From Nitrospirota bacterium (lineage in GTDB: Bacteria > Nitrospirota > JACRHJ01): a stretch of 64,000 nt of DNA. This document shows, one piece after another, positions 53,702 to 62,064 of this stretch (within the stretch, counting starts at the first letter, position 1; the number at the start of each line of letters is the position of its first letter). The notes beneath the pieces were generated by a model, which was not told where the DNA came from, ran no database searches, and saw nothing but the letters and a program-made list of their open reading frames with translations. The position numbers and the translations under genes were made by a program. Where the stretch lies: contig JAJYJM010000009.1 in NCBI GenBank assembly GCA_021789495.1, forward strand, positions 4,004 through 68,003. The letters are read 5' to 3'.

Positions 53702-55159
53702 ATGCCGGAAACCGTCACATCCCCATTCAAGACCGAAGGGAGCGGCGCAATCGCCAAGCACTCCCGCGTATTCATAAACCAGCTCCAGGTGCTCATCCGC
53801 ACCAGCCAGATACACGACATCGGCAACGTAGCGCTCGTCCGTCCGGCAACCAACCTCATGGGCGCGCTCGAAGGGCTTTTCAAGACGGATACGGAGTTCT
53901 CCCTAAAATGCCGCGGCGAATACCTCTACATCGACGATACCCGCGTCCGCTACGACATCGAGGACATGATAAGCTACGAGTTCGTATCGGGCGTTATGAA
54001 GGAGAAGAAGATAGGCTCCTTCAACTTCCAGAAGCCCGTATCGCAGGACGACCTGAAAAAATTCGCCTTCGCCCTGAACTCGTTCGTCACTCCGGGGCCC
54101 GACGACCAGCCGGACGAGGAGTTCAACGATCTTCTCAAGGAAAGAGGTATCTACTCCATCTGGGCCGGGCCGTTCGAGGAAGCGGAACAGATTAAACTGG
54201 ACGACCTTGCCGACCGCCGCAAGATGGCCAAGAAAACATATTTCCAGGCCGTCTCCGTCACCAAGGGCGTAATGAACAGCATCAAGAGCGAGCAGCCCAC
54301 ACACCTGAAAAAGGTAAAGCGCGTCATCCAGGGCATCGTGGACATCATACTCGGCGAGGAGGCATCGCTCCTCGGACTTACGGCCATAAAGGACTTCGAC
54401 GAATACACCTACAACCACTGCGTGAACGTCAGCATCCTTGCCATGACCATAGGCCAGAAGCTCGGGCTGGACAAGAACATGCTCACGAAACTGGGCATAG
54501 CGGCGCTCTTCCACGACATAGGCAAGGTGGACGTGCCGATAGAGATACTGAACAAACCCGCGTCGTTCACGGAAGACGAGTGGACCATAATGCGCAAGCA
54601 CCCTGAGATGGGCGTTAAGGCAATCTCTAAAATCCGCGGCCTTAACGAACTCGCCGCAAGCTCCATGGCCGTCGCCTTCGAGCACCACATCTTCTACGAC
54701 CTGACGGGCTACCCAGTGACGAGGGAAAAGAAGATGCCGAACTTTTTCTCCCGAATCGTCTCCGTATCCGACCAGTACGATTCCATGACCTCGGCCAGGG
54801 TCTACGCGAGGATACCTTATTCTCCGGACAAGGCACTCTCCCTGATGATGGAGCGAAGCGGCGTGCAGCTCGACCCCCTGCTCTTCAAGATTTTCGCAAA
54901 TATTATAGGCGTTTACCCCATTGGGACTCTCGTCATGCTGGATACGAGGGAACTGGGGCTGGTGTTCGAGTCGAATCCCAATCCCGAAAAACTCGACAGG
55001 CCGAAGGTTATACTCATAACCGACTCCTCCGGGAAGCGCGTCGCCGGCAAGACCGTGGACTTAAGCGAAATCGGGCCTGCGGGGGCATACAAACGCAGCA
55101 TAATAAAGGCCCTCGACCCCAAAAAATACCGCATAAACCTCGCCGAATATTTTCTTTAA
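53702..55159 (+). CDS. HD-GYP domain protein with a long N-terminal uncharacterised domain
   Basis: 485 aa. The motifs are HCVNVS...LFHDIGK...KHPEMG...EHHIFYDLTGYP...VSDQYDSMTSARVY. Confidence 0.85.
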   Translation: MPETVTSPFKTEGSGAIAKHSRVFINQLQVLIRTSQIHDIGNVALVRPATNLMGALEGLFKTDTEFSLKCRGEYLYIDDTRVRYDIEDMISYEFVSGVMKEKKIGSFNFQKPVSQDDLKKFAFALNSFVTPGPDDQPDEEFNDLLKERGIYSIWAGPFEEAEQIKLDDLADRRKMAKKTYFQAVSVTKGVMNSIKSEQPTHLKKVKRVIQGIVDIILGEEASLLGLTAIKDFDEYTYNHCVNVSILAMTIGQKLGLDKNMLTKLGIAALFHDIGKVDVPIEILNKPASFTEDEWTIMRKHPEMGVKAISKIRGLNELAASSMAVAFEHHIFYDLTGYPVTREKKMPNFFSRIVSVSDQYDSMTSARVYARIPYSPDKALSLMMERSGVQLDPLLFKIFANIIGVYPIGTLVMLDTRELGLVFESNPNPEKLDRPKVILITDSSGKRVAGKTVDLSEIGPAGAYKRSIIKALDPKKYRINLAEYFL

Positions 55160-55188
55160 ATCTTGTTTTTTTCTGATAGAATTAAGCC

Positions 55189-55932
55189 ATGCAACTCGAC
55201 CTCTTCGGCAAAAAGGCCGCCAACTCGTCCGTCTGGACCGTAAAAATAGACGGCAAAACAATAAGTTACACCCTGCGCAAGTCCGCGCGGGCGAGGCATG
55301 TCTGGCTGCGGCTCGGCATCGGCACGGGTCTGGAGGTCGTCGCTCCGGCAAAGATGCCGCTTAAAGAGCTCGACCAGATACTCGCAAACAAAAGGGCCTG
55401 GATTGAGCGGCACATGACCCTGCCTGTGGCGGAGAAGCCCCTGCACGTAAGGCCGCTCGGAAACGGCTCGAAAATCAAATACTTAGGTGAGGATCGCCTG
55501 CTCCGGGTACGCATAAACGGGGGCATGGGAAGCGTCCGGATGGCCGGCGAGGAGGTATTCATGGAGGCGCCGCCGGGCGGCCCGGAGGTCGTAAAAGAGC
55601 TGCTCGAGGAGTGGTATAAAAAAATGGCGCGTAAGATAATTATCGAGAAAATAAGGAAATTATCGAATGGCCGGAAGATTGGCCGGGTAGCAATCCGGGA
55701 TCAGAAGACCCGGTGGGGGAGCTGTTCGGCCAAGGGAAACTTAAGCTTTAACTGGCGGCTTGTCATGGCGCCGCCCAGGGTGATAGATTACCTTATAATT
55801 CACGAACTTACGCACATTGAGCGGCCCGACCACTCGAAGAAATTCTGGGCGAAGGTGGCGGAGCGCTGCCCGGAATACGAGGAGCGCGAGGCATGGCTGA
55901 AGACGCACGGCCTGACCCTCTGGCCCGCGTAA
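55189..55932 (+). CDS. YgjP/DUF45-type (M48-like) zinc metallopeptidase
   Basis: 247 aa. It has RWGSCSAKGNLSFNWRL and the HExxH site IIHELTHIE. Confidence 0.85.
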   Translation: MQLDLFGKKAANSSVWTVKIDGKTISYTLRKSARARHVWLRLGIGTGLEVVAPAKMPLKELDQILANKRAWIERHMTLPVAEKPLHVRPLGNGSKIKYLGEDRLLRVRINGGMGSVRMAGEEVFMEAPPGGPEVVKELLEEWYKKMARKIIIEKIRKLSNGRKIGRVAIRDQKTRWGSCSAKGNLSFNWRLVMAPPRVIDYLIIHELTHIERPDHSKKFWAKVAERCPEYEEREAWLKTHGLTLWPA

Positions 55933-56073
55933 AAGCCCCCTCCCCAGGCCCCTAAAACGCCCGGAATCCGCGCCCCTGGCATCTGCCCTTGAGCCGCTAT
56001 AACTACCGCAGAAGTCCCTTTTCAAAAAATAGGGCCCCCCCCATATTTTTCATTGATTGTCGTTTTCACTGTC

Positions 56074-56373
56074 TTATTTTGCAATCCTGAAAACGAAACT
56101 CATAAACCCAAGCGAGATTAAATCTCCCTCGCCAAGCTTCCTGGGCGCGTCCGGCTCGACGCGAACGGAATTGACGAACGTGCCGTTGCTGCTGCCTTCG
56201 TCCCGGATGTACCAGCCGTCCTCGCCCTTGACGAACGTCGCGTGGACGCGCGAGACGTACTTGCTCCCCTTCAGGCGGCTTACGTTCACGTCCGCCTCCC
56301 TGCCGATTGTCAGCCCGTCGAGCAGCGGGAAATGAAAACTTTCGTCGTCCTCAAAGTAGAGTGAGGGTTTCAT
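56074..56373 (-). CDS. Stand-alone FHA domain protein
   Basis: 99 aa. The motifs are GREADV...VSRVHA...DEGSSNGTFVN...GDLISLG. Confidence 0.88.
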   Translation of the reverse strand: MKPSLYFEDDESFHFPLLDGLTIGREADVNVSRLKGSKYVSRVHATFVKGEDGWYIRDEGSSNGTFVNSVRVEPDAPRKLGEGDLISLGFMSFVFRIAK

Positions 56374-56699
56374 GGGGCCTCTTCATCAAAATTAATTAAA
56401 TGCGGAAATCCTAAATCTCCTTTTTCTTGCCCAGCCTCCCACGTTATTTCATAATCCACTTCGTGCTGATAATAATCAAGGTCATAAGAAATCAGATTTA
56501 AACAAAGCTGTAGAGCCTGTATGGAATCAACTCCTCCAGCGTATCTTACTTTTTCAGAGCCTATTCCGTTAATTTGATATGGGCAATAATAATCTGGACC
56601 ATCTGGAAATTTTTGCGGTATCCCAATGAGCACAACTATTTTATCCGTTCCCAATTCAAAAGTTCTGGTTGCAATAATTGTCCCTAGCTCAATGTCCAT
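56370..56699 (-). CDS. Hypothetical 109-aa protein encoded by low-GC DNA, translationally coupled (ATGA overlap) to the FHA gene
   Basis: The frame is open, there is no signal peptide, and the C-terminus is acidic. GC is about 35-43% in hand-counted 60-nt lines, against about 62% in the adjacent FHA gene. I do not recognise the family confidently. Confidence 0.55.
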   Translation of the reverse strand: MDIELGTIIATRTFELGTDKIVVLIGIPQKFPDGPDYYCPYQINGIGSEKVRYAGGVDSIQALQLCLNLISYDLDYYQHEVDYEITWEAGQEKGDLGFPHLINFDEEAP

Positions 56700-56717
56700 T
56701 TCCCCTCACAAAAAACA

Positions 56718-56780
56718 GATTCTTCGCTCCGCTAAGAATAACATACTAAATTCCTGGATTCCCGCTTTCGCGGGAATGAC
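56718..56780. repeat. Degenerate GATTCTTC...CTAAGAATAAC unit followed by a TGGATTCCCG...CGGGAATGAC unit
   Basis: The sequences are GATTCTTCGCTCCGCTAAGAATAAC (56718-42) and TGGATTCCCGCTTTCGCGGGAATGAC (56755-80). Confidence 0.75.
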
Positions 56781-56799
56781 AATTTTTTCTACTCCTCCA

Positions 56800-56895
56800 T
56801 CCCCCTCTTAAGTTAAGAGGGTCGCTTAGGCGCGATGCATGTTTGGGTTCCGCCCCTTCGCGGCGTAAAGGATGACAGAGGGGGCGTTATGTCGC
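56800..56895. repeat. Copy 3 (interrupted) of the TCCCCCTCTTAAG..AAGAGGG / GGGGGCGTTATG repeat. Its tail supplies the comF stop codon.
   Basis: TCCCCCTCTTAAGTTAAGAGGG is followed by a ~55-nt insert and then AGAGGGGGCGTTATG. The TTA at 56887-89 is the comF stop on the minus strand. Confidence 0.7.
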
Positions 56896-57615
56896 CCTTG
56901 CAACCGTCAATACATATACCTTCTCAGCGCCGGCTTTTTTGAGAACCTTCGCGCACTCGCGGACTGTCGCGCCGGTGGTGTATACGTCGTCCACGAGTAG
57001 GACGCGCCTGCCCGCAAAATCCCCGCCTTCCACGGCAAACGCGCCCTTCACGTTCTCCTCGCGCTCGGCGGAAGAAAGCTCCACCTGCGGGCGGGTGTAT
57101 CGTATCCTTGAGAGCCCGTCCAGGTTGAGCGGAATATCGAGCGTCCGTGCCGCATACTTCGCCAGAAAGAGCGACTGATTGAAGCCGCGCCTGGCGAGCC
57201 TGCGCCTGTGAAGCGGCACCGCCGCCGCGACATCCGCATCGGGGAAAAAATCTCTCGCCCCGCCCGCCGCGAGCGGCCCCAGGAACTCCTGCATCGCCCT
57301 GAGGCGCCGGTATTTGTATATGTGTATCGCCTCGCGCACCGTCCCCTTGTATTCGACAGCCGCGCGGGCCGCGGTATAGCCGGGCGGCTGGGAGAGGCAT
57401 TCGAAGCAGGGGTGGTCGTCCCCGGAGCCGTCCGGGAACGGCACGCCGCAGACCGTGCATAAGGGAGATTCTATGGGATGCATGTCGCTGGCGCACTTAT
57501 CGCAAAAGAATTTGGAGCCGATGTCAACTTTCCGCCGCCGGTCGACCGGCCCGCCGCAGCATCGGCAGCGCCTGGGATAGAGCGCGTCGAGGAGGAAACT
57601 AAACGGGTTCATCAT
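56887..57615 (-). CDS. comF: ComF-family protein (phosphoribosyltransferase-like, N-terminal zinc ribbon)
   Basis: 242 aa. It has CRCCG...CDKC...CTVCG...CFEC, and the PRT motif is VLLVDDVYTTGAT. Confidence 0.85.
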   Translation of the reverse strand: MMNPFSFLLDALYPRRCRCCGGPVDRRRKVDIGSKFFCDKCASDMHPIESPLCTVCGVPFPDGSGDDHPCFECLSQPPGYTAARAAVEYKGTVREAIHIYKYRRLRAMQEFLGPLAAGGARDFFPDADVAAAVPLHRRRLARRGFNQSLFLAKYAARTLDIPLNLDGLSRIRYTRPQVELSSAEREENVKGAFAVEGGDFAGRRVLLVDDVYTTGATVRECAKVLKKAGAEKVYVLTVARAT

Positions 57616-59155
57616 GGCAGATGAGGCTTCGGCCCGTCATCTCGTCCGGTTTTTTTATTCCCATGATTTCGAGGATTGTCGGGGCGGCGTCTCCGAGCCT
57701 GCCGCCGTCCCTGAGTGCATGGCCTTCCAGGCATAATATAAACGGGACTTTATTCGACGTGTGGGCTGTGTAGGGTTCCTTTCCCTTTGGGTCGTACATC
57801 CGCTCTACGTTGCCGTGGTCGGACATAACGAAGGCCGCGCCGCCCCTGGATATGACCTCCGGGATAATGCGCGCGAGGCAGGCGTCCACCGTCTCGCAGG
57901 CCTTTATCGCCGCGTCCATGATGCCGGTATGCCCCACCATGTCGGGGTTTGCGAAGTTCATTACGACGACGTCGTATTTGCCGGATTCGACGCGTCTTAT
58001 CACCTCGTCCGTCACCGCAAGCGCGCTCATCCGGGGCTTTAAGTCGTATGTCGCCACATCGCGCGGCGAGGGAATGAGGCATCTGTCTTCGTTTTTGAAA
58101 GGCGTCTCCACACCGCCGTTGAAGAAGAATGTCACGTGCGCGTATTTCTCCGTCTCGGCGATGCGGAGCTGCGTCAGGCCGTTATTCGCTATCACCTCGC
58201 CGAAGATGTTGCTGAGGCTCACGGGCGGAAACGCGACGGGGAGATTAAAGGTTTTGTCGTATTCCGTCATGCAGACGAACGAGGAAAGCTTCGGGCGTTT
58301 CCTTCTCTCAAAACCCTTGAAATCGTCCAGCGCAATCGCGCGCGTAATCTCCCGCGTCCTGTCCGTGCGGAAATTGAAGAATATCACGCTGTCGTTGTCG
58401 TTCATCAATCCGGCGGGCGCGCCGCCTTTGACTATCACCGTGGGGACGATGAACTCGTCCGTCCGGCCATTTTTATACGACTGCTCGATGGCCGCAAGGG
58501 CCGTACCGGCTTTCTCTCCTTCGCCCAGGACAATCGCATCGTATGCTTTTTCAATCCTGTCCCAGCGATTGTCCCGGTCCATCGCGTAATACCTGCCGGA
58601 GACAGTCCCGATGCGGGCGATTTCGCCCATGCCGTTTTCATCGATGAACCGGACAAGCTTTTCCATGTATCCGAGGCCGCTCTGCGGCGGGGTGTCGCGC
58701 CCGTCCATGAACGCATGGACGACGATATTCCGGACGCCCCTTTCTGCGGCCATTTTCATCAGCGCATAAAGGTGCGCCTGGTCGCTGTGCACGCCGCCGT
58801 CGGAGAGAAGCCCCATGAGGTGAAGGGCGGAGTTGTTTTTTACGGCGCATCCCATCGCACCGAGTATGACCGGATTTTTCTGCATTTCGCCGTTTCTTAT
58901 GGCGAGGTTAATGCGGGTGTAGTCCTGGTATACAACCCTGCCCGCGCCTATGTTCAGGTGCCCCACCTCGGAGTTCCCCATCTGGCCTTCGGGAAGCCCC
59001 ACGTCCTCTCCGGACGCGGCAAGGGCGGTATTCGGATATTTTTCGAGCAGGGAGTTGTAGAAGGGCAGCCTCGCCTGGGCCTTGGCGGAATATGCCGGGT
59101 CTTCCTCGACGCCCCAGCCGTCTATGATTATGAGAGTTATCGGGCGGTAAGCCAT
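57599..59155 (-). CDS. gpmI: 2,3-bisphosphoglycerate-independent phosphoglycerate mutase
   Basis: 518 aa. It has LIIIDGWG, GNSEVGHLNIGAGR and SDHGN. Confidence 0.96.
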   Translation of the reverse strand: MAYRPITLIIIDGWGVEEDPAYSAKAQARLPFYNSLLEKYPNTALAASGEDVGLPEGQMGNSEVGHLNIGAGRVVYQDYTRINLAIRNGEMQKNPVILGAMGCAVKNNSALHLMGLLSDGGVHSDQAHLYALMKMAAERGVRNIVVHAFMDGRDTPPQSGLGYMEKLVRFIDENGMGEIARIGTVSGRYYAMDRDNRWDRIEKAYDAIVLGEGEKAGTALAAIEQSYKNGRTDEFIVPTVIVKGGAPAGLMNDNDSVIFFNFRTDRTREITRAIALDDFKGFERRKRPKLSSFVCMTEYDKTFNLPVAFPPVSLSNIFGEVIANNGLTQLRIAETEKYAHVTFFFNGGVETPFKNEDRCLIPSPRDVATYDLKPRMSALAVTDEVIRRVESGKYDVVVMNFANPDMVGHTGIMDAAIKACETVDACLARIIPEVISRGGAAFVMSDHGNVERMYDPKGKEPYTAHTSNKVPFILCLEGHALRDGGRLGDAAPTILEIMGIKKPDEMTGRSLICHDEPV

Positions 59156-59159
59156 CGGC

Positions 59160-60467
59160 TCAGCAATACTTGTCCAGGTCTATGGAATAGGTGTTCCATT
59201 TGCCGCAGCGCGGACACCTGCCGGACCACTCCGTGGAGAAGTGGTCGCAGTTATTGCAGCGATACGGCACCACGGGCTTGTCTCCGTATGCCAGGGCCCT
59301 TTTGAATTCAGCCGCGGCGGGCTGATACGAGCCTCTGCGGAGGTAGAGGTTTCCGAGGAGCTTGTGCAGGTCGGCAAGCTGTCGGGTGGAACTGTCTATC
59401 GACGATAGAGTGCCGAACGCCTCGTCTATCATCTCAAGGCGGTAGTAGAGCTTGCCGAGGAAGAAATTGAGCGAGACGTCCTTCGGATTTTTAGCCAAGG
59501 CGGACTTATAGAAATTTATTATCCTGGCCGGGGTTCCGAGCTTCAAGTAGAGGTCCTCAAGGCGGTGCAGGAGCGTAATCGAGCCGGTCGTCCTGTACGC
59601 CTCCTCCCAAAGAGACGCGGCCTCGGAACTCCGGTTCTCTTCTATGTATACCTCGCCAAGCCCAAGGTATGCGGGCACGAAGTCCTTCTCCGTCTTCAGG
59701 ATGTTCTTGAATGCGCGCTTCGCCTTTTCGAGGTTTCCCCCTTCGAGCAGGACCCTGCCGGTCTCATACCGAAGCCCCACGAGGCGCCCGTGCTCCGCCT
59801 CCCGCTCTTTGGGCGGCAGGGTCAGCTTCAATATCCTCTCCTGGGTCTCCTCGGCCTTCTCGAAATTGCCGCCGGACTGGTGGATGTCCCGTATACGGGT
59901 AAGCGCGCGCAGGTTCCCCTCGTCTTTTCCGAGTATGTCCTCAAGCGTCCGAAGCGCGTCGTCTATCCTGCGGGCGTCCTCGTAGTCGAGCGCCAGGGCG
60001 AACAGCGCCTCGATATTGCCTTCATCGGCTTCCCGGGCAAGGGAATGGAACCTTATCGCCTCCAGGTAATCGCCCTCCTTGTGCCTTATGGAACCGAGCC
60101 TCAGGAGCGCGTCGGCATGGTCCGGCTTGAGCGCAAGGACATTGTCGAAATGCTTGGCGGCAAGGTCTGCCCTGCGGGAGAGGAGCGCGTTCAACCCCTT
60201 GGAATACAGCACCTGCACCCGCGAATCCCGCTGGCGGTCGCGGCTGACCTTCCATTTTTTGAAGAACTCCCCGGTCGCCTTTATGTAAGTGCCTATCAGC
60301 ACGACGAGCGCGCCGAATATCGCGGAGCCGAGCATCAGCGCCATCTTGGAAGGCTCGAAAAGCACCTTGCCGGGAAGCGTTATGCTCACGTCTCCGGGGT
60401 TCAGGTAATCCACCCAGACGATGAACGCCGCGAAGGTTATAAGGAGGACTATTGCACGAATGAACAT
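59160..60467 (-). CDS. lapB: LapB/YciM-like LPS assembly regulator (TPR + C-terminal rubredoxin-type zinc finger) with a LapA-like two-TM N-terminus
   Basis: 435 aa with two N-terminal TM helices and multiple TPR units. The C-terminal zinc finger is CNNCDHFSTEWSGRCPRCGKW. Confidence 0.85.
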   Translation of the reverse strand: MFIRAIVLLITFAAFIVWVDYLNPGDVSITLPGKVLFEPSKMALMLGSAIFGALVVLIGTYIKATGEFFKKWKVSRDRQRDSRVQVLYSKGLNALLSRRADLAAKHFDNVLALKPDHADALLRLGSIRHKEGDYLEAIRFHSLAREADEGNIEALFALALDYEDARRIDDALRTLEDILGKDEGNLRALTRIRDIHQSGGNFEKAEETQERILKLTLPPKEREAEHGRLVGLRYETGRVLLEGGNLEKAKRAFKNILKTEKDFVPAYLGLGEVYIEENRSSEAASLWEEAYRTTGSITLLHRLEDLYLKLGTPARIINFYKSALAKNPKDVSLNFFLGKLYYRLEMIDEAFGTLSSIDSSTRQLADLHKLLGNLYLRRGSYQPAAAEFKRALAYGDKPVVPYRCNNCDHFSTEWSGRCPRCGKWNTYSIDLDKYC

Positions 60468-60529
60468 TTAATAATTAATTAACCCTCTCCCCCGACCCCC
60501 TCTCCCATTTAAAGGGCGAGGGGCAAATC

Positions 60530-60985
60530 TCAGTAGTGATACGTCCGCCCCTGGATTATAGTAAAGGCCCGGTATATCTGCTCCAGCAGTATGAGCCGCG
60601 CCATCTCGTGCGTGAAGGTGAGCCTTGAGAGCGACAACTGCCAGTCCGCCCTCGCCAGCACATCGTCCGACAGGCCGAACGGGCCGCCGACCGCAAAAAC
60701 CATGTTGCGCCCCCGTTCCATCAGAGGGGCGAGCTTCCCGGCGAATTCAACCGAGCCGGGGTTTTCTCCCCGCTCGTGCAGGGCGACGAAGTAATCATGC
60801 GGCGCGACTCTTTCCAGTATCGCCCGGCCCTCATCCTTTAAGGCGTCCGGCCCGGCTTTTGAAGAGCCCTTTATCTCCCGGACTTCGATCTTTGTCTGCC
60901 GCCTGAGAAGCCCCAGGTATTTCCCGATGCCGTCGCTTATGAAGCCTTCCTTCGTCTTTCCGACTAATATAAGGAGCATCGGCAT
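60530..60985 (-). CDS. rlmH: 23S rRNA (pseudouridine1915-N3)-methyltransferase
   Basis: 151 aa of SPOUT fold. It has FAVGGPFGLSD and LSLSRLTFTHEMARLILLEQIYRA. Confidence 0.92.
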   Translation of the reverse strand: MPMLLILVGKTKEGFISDGIGKYLGLLRRQTKIEVREIKGSSKAGPDALKDEGRAILERVAPHDYFVALHERGENPGSVEFAGKLAPLMERGRNMVFAVGGPFGLSDDVLARADWQLSLSRLTFTHEMARLILLEQIYRAFTIIQGRTYHY

Positions 60986-61338
60986 CAGGCGGCTTCAGGC
61001 GGAATATCGAGCCGCGGCGCGTCGCCCCAGAGGCCGTCCAGGTCGTAGAACTCGCGCGTCTCCGGCTCGAAGATATGGACTATTATATCCCCGTAGTCCA
61101 TCAGCACCCATCTGCACTCAGGAAAACCCTCCACGCGGAGATAATGCTCCCGCCCTCGGGATAGCCGGAAGTCTATCTCCTCCGCTATCGCCTTCACCTG
61201 CCTTGTGTTAGCCCCGGAGCATATGATAAAATAATCGGCGAGCGTGGTTATCTCCCTGACGTCGAGCGCCAGGAGGTTTTCCGCTTTTTTTCCAAGGGCG
61301 GCATGTGCTGCCAGTACCGCCTTTACCTTGGAGTCCAG
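60985..61338 (-). CDS. rsfS: Ribosomal silencing factor RsfS, with an uncertain 5' end because no ATG/GTG/TTG is available
   Basis: The frame is open from 61383. My own translation upstream of the listed 70-aa ORF gives ...LGKKAENLLALDVREITTLADYFIICSGANTRQVKAIAEE..., the conserved RsfS core. The only start-like codons are CTG at 61338 and 61314. Confidence 0.7.
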   Translation of the reverse strand: MDSKVKAVLAAHAALGKKAENLLALDVREITTLADYFIICSGANTRQVKAIAEEIDFRLSRGREHYLRVEGFPECRWVLMDYGDIIVHIFEPETREFYDLDGLWGDAPRLDIPPEAA

Positions 61339-61401
61339 CCCCCTGAACTGCTCTTTTGAGTATCCCGTGGCTTGCCCGAATTGTTATTTGTTGTTGATAA
61401 G

Positions 61402-62064
61402 TTAGACGTACAACCTGTTTTGAATTATATACGACTCCACCCTCTCAGGCAAGAGGTATTTGACACTTCTCTTCATATGGAGCCTTTTCCTTATGTCCGT
61501 TGACGATACGTCCATCCGCACGGTCGAGACGAGCCAGAGATCTCTTCCGGAGACCATCTCCATCTTTCCCATGGTCCGCACCTTCTGGTCGAGGGCGTCG
61601 AGAGTCGCCACGTCCACCTCGCGCACGTAGCGGAACTTGGCGAGTTTCTTGTAATCCGCGCCCGGGCGGAAAGAGACGACGAAATCGCAGAGCTTAATCA
61701 GCCTGTCCACCGCGTGCCAGGAGCCTATCTCAAGGAAGCTGTCCATGCCCGCGATGAAAAAAAGCTTCGCGTCGTTTCCGTAATTCTCCTGCATCATCTC
61801 TATCGTCCGGACGGAGTAAGACGGCCTCGGCAGGGTCAGTTCCACGTCCGAGACCTTGAAGTATGGGTTGTCCTCGCAGGCCATCCTCACCATGTTCAGC
61901 CGGCACTCCGGGGTTATGCCCTGCTCCACCTCTTTATGCGGCGGCATGGCCGAAGGGACGAAGACGACTTCCTTCAGCCCCATCTCCTCGCGGCACTGCT
62001 CCGCGACGTCAAGGTGCGCGATATGAATCGGATTGAAAGTCCCGCCGAAGATGCCGATTCTCAT
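61402..62064 (-). CDS. nadD: Nicotinate-nucleotide adenylyltransferase
   Basis: 220 aa. It has GIFGGTFNPIHIAH and a C-terminal SSTDIRK. Confidence 0.93.
   Translation of the reverse strand: MRIGIFGGTFNPIHIAHLDVAEQCREEMGLKEVVFVPSAMPPHKEVEQGITPECRLNMVRMACEDNPYFKVSDVELTLPRPSYSVRTIEMMQENYGNDAKLFFIAGMDSFLEIGSWHAVDRLIKLCDFVVSFRPGADYKKLAKFRYVREVDVATLDALDQKVRTMGKMEMVSGRDLWLVSTVRMDVSSTDIRKRLHMKRSVKYLLPERVESYIIQNRLYV

Noticed and set aside
58136-59305. 389-aa plus-strand ORF overlapping gpmI and lapB. Similar long antisense ORFs occur at 750-1814, 22262-23305, 30108-31094, 33326-34117 and 28595-29434.
   Set aside because: All lie opposite well-supported housekeeping genes in GC-rich DNA, where stop codons are rare in antisense frames. 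None has family motifs.
60479-60523. CT/GA-rich hairpin (CCCCTCTCCC ... GGGCGAGGGG) between lapB and rlmH as a member of the same family as the folP-tail element
   Set aside because: The similarity to 16731-16770 is compositional and structural rather than a clean alignment. It is mentioned but not called as a family.
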